Shown piece after piece: positions 18,072-26,535 of a stretch of DNA of 64,000 bases. Under the pieces are notes generated by a model. That model saw nothing but the letters and a program-made list of their open reading frames with translations, had not been told where the DNA came from and ran no database searches. The number at the start of each line of letters is the position of its first letter. The stretch's first letter is position 1. The position numbers and the translations under genes are program-made. Location of the stretch: IMG/VR virus record IMGVR_UViG_3300027533_000667, positions 1-64,000 of that record. One strand, given 5' to 3'. This stretch comes from a virus. Its lineage: Duplodnaviria > Caudoviricetes.

Positions 18072-18308
18072 ATGAAAGTATGGATTGTGTTCGAGAATGA
18101 CTATGACGGATATATGCTGCTTGGTATCTTCACAAACAAAAGAGCAGCCGAAGACAGCAGGGATTATTACAACCGACCTATGCCAAATTCTGACTACGTT
18201 GACGGCATTGAAACTAAAAGTGCCGTCTTGGAAGAAATCGAAACTGACGTTAGAATGGGACATAAAACGGATTGGCGGGAGAAAATTGATGTTCGTGCCG
18301 AAGACTAG
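18072..18308 (+). CDS. Hypothetical phage protein (KVWIVF...LLGIF type)
   Basis: Common small phage protein pattern; GGAG RBS. Confidence 0.6.
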   Translation: MKVWIVFENDYDGYMLLGIFTNKRAAEDSRDYYNRPMPNSDYVDGIETKSAVLEEIETDVRMGHKTDWREKIDVRAED

Positions 18309-19488
18309 CTTGACTGTGATAGGGCAAACATCCTCCGGCATACCTAAGTGCGGCAAATGCGGTTTGTACCGCACATGCAAATCTCCAAAGATGGAACCAC
18401 ACGGCAAGGGCCGGAAGGGAATCCTGATAGTCGGCGAAGCGCCGGGAGAGCAGGAAGACAGGGATGGAATCCAATTCACCGGCAAAACCGGAAAGACTTT
18501 GCAGCGCGTTCTTGCCAGTCACGACATCGACATGCGTAAGGATTGCTGGACCACAAACGCCAACATCTGTCGGCCGCCTAACAACGAAACGCCAAATGAT
18601 AAATTGATCGGTTACTGCCGACCTACTCTGATCAAAACTATTCAAGAGTTGAATCCGACAGTCATAATTCTGCTTGGAGGTAATGCCGTCAAATCTCTAA
18701 TCGGCAAGTATTGGAGGCGATCAATCGGAGGCATAACACGATGGCGTGGCTGGCGGATTCCGCATAGGGACTTGAACACTTGGATTTGTCCTACATTCCA
18801 TCCGTCCTATATTGAACATATGGACAATCGGGTTGTTAGTAGGATGTTCTCGCAAGACTTGCAAGCTGCTGTCGCACTGAATGAGCGGCCATATGCAGAA
18901 CGCCCGAACGATGAGATCAAGATCATCATTGACGCCGACAAAGCAACTAGATGGCTGCACAGAATAAAAGACGGCGATACGATTGCCTTCGACTTTGAAT
19001 CCAACCCGCTGAAGCCAGATCGAGACGGATCATACATAGTCAGCTGCTCTGTTTGTAAGAATGGAATATGGACGATTGCCTTTCCGTGGTATGGTTCGGT
19101 TGTTGCTGCGATGAAGCGCATCCTCAAGAATCCTAAGATCAAAAAGATCGGATCGAACATCAAACACGAGCATCGCTGGTGCAAGCGGATTCTGGACATC
19201 GAAGTCAAAGGATGGTATTTGGATACGATGCTCATGGCTCATACGTTAGATTCTCGTGGCAAAATAACCAGCCTCAAATTCCAAGCATTCGTCCGGCTTG
19301 GCGTAAACGATTACAGTGCCCACATCGAGCCGTATCTGGAAACGAAAGGCGGGAATGAGTGGAACAAGATCAAGCAGATAGACTTGCCATCTTTGCTGCA
19401 ATACAACGGTTACGATAGTTTGTACGAGTATCAAGTAGCAATGTACCAACTGGAGGAAATCGAAAATGGCGCAAACTCTGCTAATTGA
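18289..19488 (+). CDS. Family-4 uracil-DNA glycosylase fused to a DnaQ-like 3'-5' exonuclease (N-terminal half of a SPO1-type PolA)
   Basis: CGKCGLYRTC, VGEAPGEQED, TNANICRPP, FHPSY; then AFDFES, LDTMLMAHTLD, YNGYDS. Confidence 0.9.
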   Translation: MFVPKTSLTVIGQTSSGIPKCGKCGLYRTCKSPKMEPHGKGRKGILIVGEAPGEQEDRDGIQFTGKTGKTLQRVLASHDIDMRKDCWTTNANICRPPNNETPNDKLIGYCRPTLIKTIQELNPTVIILLGGNAVKSLIGKYWRRSIGGITRWRGWRIPHRDLNTWICPTFHPSYIEHMDNRVVSRMFSQDLQAAVALNERPYAERPNDEIKIIIDADKATRWLHRIKDGDTIAFDFESNPLKPDRDGSYIVSCSVCKNGIWTIAFPWYGSVVAAMKRILKNPKIKKIGSNIKHEHRWCKRILDIEVKGWYLDTMLMAHTLDSRGKITSLKFQAFVRLGVNDYSAHIEPYLETKGGNEWNKIKQIDLPSLLQYNGYDSLYEYQVAMYQLEEIENGANSAN

Positions 19489-19702
19489 ACATGTGGTGGA
19501 TCGAATCGCTTTGGCTGAGTTAGATACGATACACGAGTTCGTGTATTATGTCGAACGCGGCAGAACGCACGGACCATTCAAACCTATAGGCAATGGCTTG
19601 TTGATGAACATCCATGGCTGTACATTTCCAGTCCATGCGATTTCTAATACGGCAGTATTCTTCGTGAAGGGAGACAACTCTAAACTATTCAAGGGAGAAT
19701 GA
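19466..19702 (+). CDS. Hypothetical protein
   Basis: GGAGG RBS. Confidence 0.55.
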   Translation: MAQTLLIEHVVDRIALAELDTIHEFVYYVERGRTHGPFKPIGNGLLMNIHGCTFPVHAISNTAVFFVKGDNSKLFKGE

Positions 19703-19706
19703 TGAC

Positions 19707-20033
19707 ATGAACGAAATATACACACCAACTGTTCCTTTTGCCGACATCAAGCAAGAAATCGCTTTCAGGGCTTTGGATAAGATCAAGACAATGACAGAAG
19801 ATCAAGTTAGATACGCTTTGTGGTGTACATTAACTTTGCTTTTCGGTGATCCTAGCAGCAATGCAACGGAAGTTGTGGATCGGTGTGAATTCAGTCTAGA
19901 ATCGCCGTTAGCTATTAGAGAAGCGCACTTGATTCTTACTCAGATAGGCATTGGTAGAGTGATACCCCTTTCCGCAGATCGTAGAAAAGCAGAACTTGAA
20001 GTATTCAAGAAAGGATTACATGCAAAACACTGA
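19707..20033 (+). CDS. Hypothetical protein
   Basis: ORF in operon. Confidence 0.55.
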   Translation: MNEIYTPTVPFADIKQEIAFRALDKIKTMTEDQVRYALWCTLTLLFGDPSSNATEVVDRCEFSLESPLAIREAHLILTQIGIGRVIPLSADRRKAELEVFKKGLHAKH

Positions 20034-20163
20034 CCGCGAAGATAGTAAAGCAATTGGCTATCTCGGTCTGATCATGGCGGTCATGGCATTGTTCATGCTG
20101 TGTCTGCGCAATGGATGGGATTTGTATCTGCTGCGTCCGATTTGGAAACTCTTTGGAGCATAA
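20020..20163 (+). CDS. Small membrane protein (47 aa); not in the track
   Basis: MQNTDREDSKAIGYLGLIMAVMALFMLCLRNGWDLYLLRPIWKLFGA; AAGGA RBS. Confidence 0.5.
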   Translation: MQNTDREDSKAIGYLGLIMAVMALFMLCLRNGWDLYLLRPIWKLFGA

Positions 20164-20166
20164 ACT

Positions 20167-20418
20167 ATGGTCTTAGTCACAATCCAGTTGGTATCTGCTC
20201 ATGGTGAAGATAAGAATAGAATGCTTTGTGTTATGAAGATCAGCAATGACGGAACAGGCACTAAAGAGTTAGGCAATTACAACTACGTCCTATCTCACGC
20301 TGGCAAGTACATCGGTAAGAGAGGGGTATATAGAAAAGGCAGGATCGAAAACTTCCCACGGAATGCCAGTCCATATCGCCTAATACAAAGGTGCTTGAAA
20401 CATGCCGGTGAAATATGA
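20167..20418 (+). CDS. Hypothetical protein
   Basis: Coupled to the HNH gene. Confidence 0.6.
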   Translation: MVLVTIQLVSAHGEDKNRMLCVMKISNDGTGTKELGNYNYVLSHAGKYIGKRGVYRKGRIENFPRNASPYRLIQRCLKHAGEI

Positions 20419-20693
20419 GTAGAGTCGCTGACAATCGCCGGTATAGTGTTCAGCGCACACTGCTGATTCTATTGATTGGCAGCAAGTGCACCTATTGTCA
20501 AGAACGGCGTCCTTGGAAATTGGAATTTCATCATACCAAAAAGACCAATTGGAAGCCATGGAAAACCAGCAGACACAGACGAATCCGACGATATATGAAA
20601 GATTGGATAGACGGATCATGTGTATTGGCTTGCGGTAAATGTAATAAAAAACAAGGCAGCCCAGACCACGAAGACGACATCATTCCATTTTGA
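20415..20693 (+). CDS. Small HNH-like endonuclease ending in an SSB-like tail
   Basis: CTYC...EFHH...CGKCN; C-terminus DHEDDIIPF. Confidence 0.65.
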   Translation: MSRVADNRRYSVQRTLLILLIGSKCTYCQERRPWKLEFHHTKKTNWKPWKTSRHRRIRRYMKDWIDGSCVLACGKCNKKQGSPDHEDDIIPF

Positions 20694-20699
20694 GGTACA

Positions 20700-22175
20700 A
20701 TGCCTAAATACACATCCACGATGGAAGCATACCAATTGCTTCACGAAGGCACTCTAGTCTTGTCGGAGATCGAACACAACGGCGTCAGAATAGATAAGGA
20801 TTATCTCGACGCCACGATCCTAGACATCGACGAGAAGATTAACGACCTCACCAACAAGATGAAGAAGGACAAAGAGGTTTATCCAAGATGGCGCAAACGG
20901 TATGGCAGCAAACGATCCTCTCCGACCAGAGTTGAACTCGCAAAAGTGCTGAACAAGATGGGTTATGATCTGCCTAAGACTGCTAGTGAATTGGAAAACG
21001 AAGACGAATTTGGCAGCCAAGTTAACAAGACAGTGCTGGAGAAACTAAGGACGGAATTACCGTTCCTGAAAGACTTCCAAGACATAGAACGGCTGAAATA
21101 CACAAAGGCCACGTACTTCGCCGGCATCCAACGAGAGTTAATCAGGCATCATAAAGATTGGTACGTCCACCCATCGTACAATCTCAACACTGTAATCACA
21201 ATTCGATCATCTTGCAACGCTCCTAACTTTCAAAACATTCCGGTGCGAAATCCAGTAATTGCCGAAATGGTTCGGAAGTGTTATATCCCGCCGGATGGGT
21301 GGTACTTTGTCGAGGTCGATTTCGAGCAGTTGGAAGTCAAGATTTCTTACTGCTATCACAAAGACCCAACGATGGGCAAATACCTCAATGAGAATGTAGA
21401 CTACCATAGGCAATTCGCCTCTCGCATATTCATGGCGGATGAAGATCAGATAAGCAAGAATGCCAGATACGCCGCCAAGAACATGTTCACATTCCCGCAG
21501 TTCTACGGCTCCGTGTACTTCCAATGCGCCGAAGCCTTGTGGAATTCGATGGACGTACTGGATGGTATGAGGTTGATGAAAGAAGGCGACGACCCTAAGA
21601 ATCCTACAGGCAGATCGCTGAGGAATCATCTTGAAAGAAAAGGCATAACCAAACTAGGCAAGTGTGATCCGCAGATCAACACCAGAACTGGCACATTCGA
21701 GCATCATATAAAGCAATTAGAGAAGACTTTATGGGAGGATGAGTTCCCCGTCTACAACGAATGGAAGCGAACGTGGTACGACAAGTATCTGCGTGACGGC
21801 GGATTCATGATGAAGACTGGATTTGCCGTTAATGCGTTTCTGAAGCGGAATGACGTTATCAACTATCCGGTGCAAGGACCGGCATTCCATTGCATGTTGA
21901 AATGCCTAATCAAGATCAGCAAATGGTTACGTAAGTACAAGATGAAAAGCAAGATGGTTGGAGAGATTCATGACTCGGCACAATTCGTATGCCCACACAA
22001 TGAACTGCAAGACGTTCTCACTTACTGCCATTGGGTGATGACAGTCTGGTTGCCGAGAGAATTGAAGTGGATCATTGCTCCGATGGAGACTGAGACGGAA
22101 GTCTCCCCGCGCGGGGAGTCGTGGTATGCTAAAAAGGTGTGGAACCGAAAGAAGGGAGTGTGGCAAGCCGCATGA
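20700..22175 (+). CDS. polA: Family A DNA polymerase, polymerase domain only
   Basis: FQNIPVRN, VDFEQLEVKI (motif A), AKNMFTFPQFYG (motif B), NYPVQGPA, EIHDS (motif C); no exonuclease domain. Confidence 0.95.
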   Translation: MPKYTSTMEAYQLLHEGTLVLSEIEHNGVRIDKDYLDATILDIDEKINDLTNKMKKDKEVYPRWRKRYGSKRSSPTRVELAKVLNKMGYDLPKTASELENEDEFGSQVNKTVLEKLRTELPFLKDFQDIERLKYTKATYFAGIQRELIRHHKDWYVHPSYNLNTVITIRSSCNAPNFQNIPVRNPVIAEMVRKCYIPPDGWYFVEVDFEQLEVKISYCYHKDPTMGKYLNENVDYHRQFASRIFMADEDQISKNARYAAKNMFTFPQFYGSVYFQCAEALWNSMDVLDGMRLMKEGDDPKNPTGRSLRNHLERKGITKLGKCDPQINTRTGTFEHHIKQLEKTLWEDEFPVYNEWKRTWYDKYLRDGGFMMKTGFAVNAFLKRNDVINYPVQGPAFHCMLKCLIKISKWLRKYKMKSKMVGEIHDSAQFVCPHNELQDVLTYCHWVMTVWLPRELKWIIAPMETETEVSPRGESWYAKKVWNRKKGVWQAA

Positions 22176-22459
22176 TAACTAAAGAATTCGCCAAACAATT
22201 GGCAGAAGATGTATTGTCAGCAGATGAGATCGAAAGACGACTGCTCCTATTCCTATGCAAATTTACAAAGGGATATGGAGATCATACGCCTGAAAGAGCC
22301 AAAGAACGGCAGTATGCAAACACACGCGGATTCTTCTGGCTTCCTTGCTTCATATGCGGTAAATGGCTGGGTGACATGCAATCCAAGATCAATAATGGCT
22401 TTTCTATCCTTGCGGACCAACGACGAAACAGCCAAATTCGTTTCATATCCGTTATATGA
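22172..22459 (+). CDS. Hypothetical protein, probably truncated (C-terminus reads thyX out of frame)
   Basis: ATGA overlap with polA; natural-looking up to GFFWLPCFICGKW, then runs through the thyX remnant. Confidence 0.45.
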   Translation: MITKEFAKQLAEDVLSADEIERRLLLFLCKFTKGYGDHTPERAKERQYANTRGFFWLPCFICGKWLGDMQSKINNGFSILADQRRNSQIRFISVI

Positions 22460-22556
22460 AATTGAAGTGGCGGCTAGAATTGTAGAAGACATATTTTCAA
22501 GAGAATGGCCACTTACCTACAAAGCATTTGTAGAGAACGGCAGGGTCGGCCCATGA
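22368..22556 (+). pseudogene. thyX: C-terminal remnant of flavin-dependent thymidylate synthase
   Basis: WVTCNPRSIMAFLSLRT...AKFVSYPLYEI..AA...F....PLTY.AF..NGR.GP fits the ThyX C-terminus; RHRxxS motif absent. Confidence 0.7.
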
Positions 22557-22861
22557 AATACGTTATCGGGTATAATGACAGCACCGGATATCATCATCCA
22601 ATTGTCTTTGATGAGCATATAGTCCATGCGCACGTTGCGGCGGTTTTGCATCTGAACAAATGTAAAATAATGTCTGCCGGTTTCGTCAATCTGCACAACG
22701 GTGTTTGGGGAGTTTCGTCTCGCAAAAGCAAAAGCCTCAATCTAGGACCATCGCCGAATGACGAATTTATCCTCAATCAATTCCTGATTGAAAATCTTTC
22801 TGGTTTGAATTTAGCCAATGCAGTCATATACAGAGAGATTCAGAAAAGGAAAGGCAAATGA
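22553..22861 (+). CDS. Hypothetical protein
   Basis: ATGA overlap with the thyX stop; MKYVIGY...PIVF...H pattern. Confidence 0.65.
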   Translation: MKYVIGYNDSTGYHHPIVFDEHIVHAHVAAVLHLNKCKIMSAGFVNLHNGVWGVSSRKSKSLNLGPSPNDEFILNQFLIENLSGLNLANAVIYREIQKRKGK

Positions 22862-23364
22862 ATAAAGATGACGGCACATATCTTCGTGGAACACGCCCAC
22901 CACCGATGCTTCCATTCCGATCAGAAAAAGGCCGCAAGCGAATCATAGTAGCATCTAGTCCGACGTTTGGTAATTGGACGCTGATGGCAAAACGATTGGA
23001 AGCCTACACCGATGGCGTTCGTGATCCTATTCTACTCATAGGCAGCTTTCATCAAAAGGGGGACAAACTTGCTGCCGATTGGTTTGGCTATTATTGGTAT
23101 CTGTACCGCATCTATCATCTAAACACTGAGAAGCACAAAGATCGTGCTGAGTTTGTTCGCAACATCGAAATGATTAAACAAGCGGACATGCTCATAGCCT
23201 TTCACAACGGCAATCCTCACCCGCCGCTGGATCATTTGATTCGAGTAGCCAAACTGCGAGAGTTGGAAGTGCATGTTGTGAAGTACAAACCAAAAGCATG
23301 GATCAGAGTAACGAAGATCAAGAAACCAAAATTCAAAATCCGTATTAGGAGACATGGTGATTAA
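22858..23364 (+). CDS. Divergent SLOG-like (YspA/DUF2493) protein
   Basis: RIIVASSPTF...GDKLAADW...AEFVRNIEMIKQADMLIAFHNG. Confidence 0.55.
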   Translation: MNKDDGTYLRGTRPPPMLPFRSEKGRKRIIVASSPTFGNWTLMAKRLEAYTDGVRDPILLIGSFHQKGDKLAADWFGYYWYLYRIYHLNTEKHKDRAEFVRNIEMIKQADMLIAFHNGNPHPPLDHLIRVAKLRELEVHVVKYKPKAWIRVTKIKKPKFKIRIRRHGD

Positions 23365-23884
23365 GTTACATCAGTTAAGCGACCCGATTGGACGGTCCTG
23401 CTATTTCACACTCAGCGCTGCATCCAAAGTCAAAACGTCGTTGGCGATGCCTGACAAACCGACATTGCCGATAATGGATACTCGGATGTTAGGTGCCAAG
23501 TTGATTCTCGAAGAAGCATTAGAGACAATCAAAGCGCTTGGATTCCAGGTTCGTCTTGACAAGTATAATCTGTACGACACATTTGTAGACATAAGTCGCA
23601 TATCATTCATGCCATATGTCAATCCAGACTCTTCCGATGAAGAGGCAAAACAGAAACGACTCTTGGATGTGATCGACGGTTGTTGCGACACTGCCTACGT
23701 TTCCGCCTACACTATGCTTATGTGCGGCGTTCCTGATCTTCCGCACTTCACAGAAGTGTGTGATGCCAACAATCGCAAGTTTCCTGAAGGCGTTGCAACA
23801 CTCAACGAATACGGCAAGTACCAAAAACCCGAAGGTTGGGTTGGTCCCGACCACGCCCGAGTTATTGCGGAGTGCAGCAAATGA
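23354..23884 (+). CDS. MazG-like all-alpha NTP pyrophosphohydrolase
   Basis: LILEEALET...DVIDGCCDTAYV...EVCDANNRK...GKYQKPEGWVGPD. Confidence 0.75.
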   Translation: MVIKLHQLSDPIGRSCYFTLSAASKVKTSLAMPDKPTLPIMDTRMLGAKLILEEALETIKALGFQVRLDKYNLYDTFVDISRISFMPYVNPDSSDEEAKQKRLLDVIDGCCDTAYVSAYTMLMCGVPDLPHFTEVCDANNRKFPEGVATLNEYGKYQKPEGWVGPDHARVIAECSK

Positions 23885-24090
23885 AACAAACTCTAGATTC
23901 TTGCATGTATTTACTCGACCCACCGAAAGGATCAAACATCTATCAGGCGGTGGATTGGTTGCTTGAGGCTGTCAAAAACCCAAATCATTACAGAAAAGTG
24001 GTAGGATTGGTGTTTAACCATAAGGTTATCCGGTATTGGGATGGGGATACAGCAACCGACTTGCTGATAAAATACCATAAGGGAATGTAA
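23881..24090 (+). CDS. Hypothetical protein
   Basis: Coupled on both sides. Confidence 0.55.
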   Translation: MKQTLDSCMYLLDPPKGSNIYQAVDWLLEAVKNPNHYRKVVGLVFNHKVIRYWDGDTATDLLIKYHKGM

Positions 24091-25019
24091 TGGAACTTTA
24101 CAAGCAGTATCGCCCGAAGCAATTCAACGACATCATAGGGCAGGATGATGTCGTTCGTGTCCTGCGTGCCTTTATCAAGAAAAGCAAAGTGCCGCACGCC
24201 ATGTTGTTCAGTGGTCCGTCAGGTACGGGCAAGACCACAGCTGCTAGAATCATGCGCAAGAAACTCAAATGCGGCAAGCGTGATTTCTATGAGATAAACG
24301 CTGCTGATAAGAATGGCATCAACGACATTCGATCTATCGATTCTAGGATGCGGCAGTCACCAGGACCGGACAGTGAGTGCAAGATTTATCTGATCGACGA
24401 AGCACATCGACTCACACCTGATGCCCAAGGTGCAATGCTGAAGATGCTAGAGGATACGCCGTATTGGGTGTACTTCATTCTTTGCACCACGGACCCGCAA
24501 CGGCTGAGGAAAGAGATACACACACGCTGTACGCACATCAAGTTCAAAGACGTGCGGCCGAAAGATATGGACTCGCTGATAGAATATGTTTTGAGCGAAG
24601 AAGGTGCTCAAGATGTATTTCCAAACGATGTTAAAGACAAGATCGTAGAAGTTGCCGATGGATCGCCACGAAAGGCATTGGTTCTTCTTGGGCAGGTGAT
24701 CGATCTGAAAAGCGAAGACAATATGATTGAGACGCTTGAGAAGTCCAATCTCCGCGCTCAAGGATTCGATATTGCACAAGCTTTGATATATGCCAAACCG
24801 TGGAAGGAAATAAGCAAGTTGGTTGAAGTGGTGGATGAGGAGCCTGAGACGGTAAGGCGAATTATCCTTGCCTACGCCGTCAAAGTGCTTCTAGGCGGCG
24901 GTAAGTTTGCAAGTAGATCATACATCATCATAGAAGCATTTCGCGAAAACTTCTACGACTGCGGCAAGGCCGGACTCGCTGCGTCCTGTTTCGACGTAGT
25001 TCACGCTGGAAGGAAATAA
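24090..25019 (+). CDS. Clamp loader AAA+ subunit (DnaX/RFC-like)
   Basis: KQYRPKQFNDIIGQ, GPSGTGKTT, IDEAHRL, TRC sensor. Confidence 0.9.
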   Translation: MELYKQYRPKQFNDIIGQDDVVRVLRAFIKKSKVPHAMLFSGPSGTGKTTAARIMRKKLKCGKRDFYEINAADKNGINDIRSIDSRMRQSPGPDSECKIYLIDEAHRLTPDAQGAMLKMLEDTPYWVYFILCTTDPQRLRKEIHTRCTHIKFKDVRPKDMDSLIEYVLSEEGAQDVFPNDVKDKIVEVADGSPRKALVLLGQVIDLKSEDNMIETLEKSNLRAQGFDIAQALIYAKPWKEISKLVEVVDEEPETVRRIILAYAVKVLLGGGKFASRSYIIIEAFRENFYDCGKAGLAASCFDVVHAGRK

Positions 25020-25046
25020 CCGATATACTCTAAGGGAGGATCGACG

Positions 25047-25511
25047 ATGAGGTATTTGATCGTTCTGCTGTCCATGTCTTTCCTGGCAATCGGTGCGAAT
25101 CCGCCTGAAACAAAAAGAACTGTTGTGCCTGTGCAAAAAGGAACTACAGTAGGGAGTCTCAGTACAGGCACAATCTTTGAAGACAATCCAAACGGCTGTT
25201 TGTTCATGCGGGTTGATCCGGTATTCCCACCTGCCGATAGTAGTTATGCTTTGTATGGAGTCCGAGAACAGCCGACCCGACTCGATCCTGCACGATTTGC
25301 CAAATCACCAGATTGGGTGAACAGCCCATACCTAGATCAAATTGCTGTTGTGCATTCTGGATTGATTCAAGCGCTAGATTTGCCTGAGCCGATATGGGCG
25401 ATCCAGATCAGCCCTACCCCAGGCATACTTCTCAAAATGTCGCCTGATACGTGGGTCTATCCTGTGTCGAGTGTTTCGTTTTCTGTCACCATTGCTAGAA
25501 TCGAGGAGTGA
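25047..25511 (+). CDS. Exported hypothetical protein
   Basis: Signal peptide MRYLIVLLSMSFLAIGA followed by NPP; GGAGG RBS. Confidence 0.65.
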   Translation: MRYLIVLLSMSFLAIGANPPETKRTVVPVQKGTTVGSLSTGTIFEDNPNGCLFMRVDPVFPPADSSYALYGVREQPTRLDPARFAKSPDWVNSPYLDQIAVVHSGLIQALDLPEPIWAIQISPTPGILLKMSPDTWVYPVSSVSFSVTIARIEE

Positions 25512-25792
25512 TTATGAGTCTTTCATTTGATGTAGGCGATCTAGTAGCCCATCGTGGAAGTCATGCGCGGGCTGTTGTGTTGGAAGTAATTGAAGTATGC
25601 AAAAATCCAAAGCATTCGGATTTTGCCTGTAATGCAGTAATGTTGGATTGTGTACCAGAACCAACATATTGTCGTGTTTCATACGATTTCAACCAAACGT
25701 CCACAGAGTCAGTGATCTGTCTTGACTTGCTAGATGACAGCGAAATGTTTGCAGATGATGAGCCTGAGGAAGACGAAGAGGAGGGTTTTTGA
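25508..25792 (+). CDS. Hypothetical SH3-like protein with acidic tail
   Basis: FDVGDLVAH...AVVLEV; ends DDEPEEDEEEGF. Confidence 0.6.
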   Translation: MIMSLSFDVGDLVAHRGSHARAVVLEVIEVCKNPKHSDFACNAVMLDCVPEPTYCRVSYDFNQTSTESVICLDLLDDSEMFADDEPEEDEEEGF

Positions 25793-26262
25793 TGGATTCT
25801 GTCATCGATATTGACGATAGTCAACTGGACGTAGAGTGGCTGAAGCAGCCGAAGAAGATGCTACTAGCAGGTCGGAAATTAGCAGATGCCAGATTGAAGT
25901 TCAACGAAGCAAAAGCAATGCTCGATCTTGTAGAGGCAAATCTTAACTTAAAATGCAGGCAGAAGCCAGAGAACTTCGGTTTGGAAAAGGCGACAGATAA
26001 AGCAGTTGAATTTGCTGTGGTGACCCACGAAGATTACCAAAAAGCAGTCAGGAGGATGAACAAACGCAAGCATGAAATGGATTACGTCGAAGCCCTTGTA
26101 ACCGCACTCCATCACCGGAAAGGAGCATTAGAAGGTCGAGTTCAATTGCTGGGTATGGAATTCTATGCCGAGCCTAGAGAAAGCAAGCACAGCCGAAGGG
26201 CAAGTGAGAAGATTGCAAAGAACAGTCGTAGAGGCATTAACCTTGACGATGAGGATGATTAG
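25789..26262 (+). CDS. UvsY-like recombination mediator
   Basis: Long helical coiled coil (IDDSQLDVEWLKQP...ATDKAVE...DYQKA...ALHHRKGALE) just upstream of SSB/RecA. Confidence 0.6.
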   Translation: MMDSVIDIDDSQLDVEWLKQPKKMLLAGRKLADARLKFNEAKAMLDLVEANLNLKCRQKPENFGLEKATDKAVEFAVVTHEDYQKAVRRMNKRKHEMDYVEALVTALHHRKGALEGRVQLLGMEFYAEPRESKHSRRASEKIAKNSRRGINLDDEDD

Positions 26263-26263
26263 C

Positions 26264-26503
26264 ATGAAAGCAATAGTCAGAGTGCCGATTCAAACATCGA
26301 AGGACGGCGGACCTGCAGAGCATATAGATTTTGATAATACTGATCCACTGACTTTTGAATCTCCTGGATTTGGCGTAACTTACGAACGTCAAAGTGTGGA
26401 TCATCTGCCGGTTCTAGTTCTGCACTTCATTAGCGAGAATAAGAAAATCGTACATAGGCAAAGGTTCCCAGCAAAAGGCACAGGCATCGTTCTTGAAAGT
26501 TAA
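26264..26503 (+). CDS. Hypothetical protein
   Basis: GAGG RBS, ATG 26264. Confidence 0.55.
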   Translation: MKAIVRVPIQTSKDGGPAEHIDFDNTDPLTFESPGFGVTYERQSVDHLPVLVLHFISENKKIVHRQRFPAKGTGIVLES

Positions 26504-26535
26504 TTCGCCCAAACACCATCAATAGGATTTACGAA

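Noticed and set aside
19489-20699. Possible group I intron or intein splitting the polymerase
   Set aside because: Both halves have their own start/RBS and stop at a domain boundary, and the gap holds five coupled ORFs; no intein C/HN motifs. RT-PCR would be the final test.
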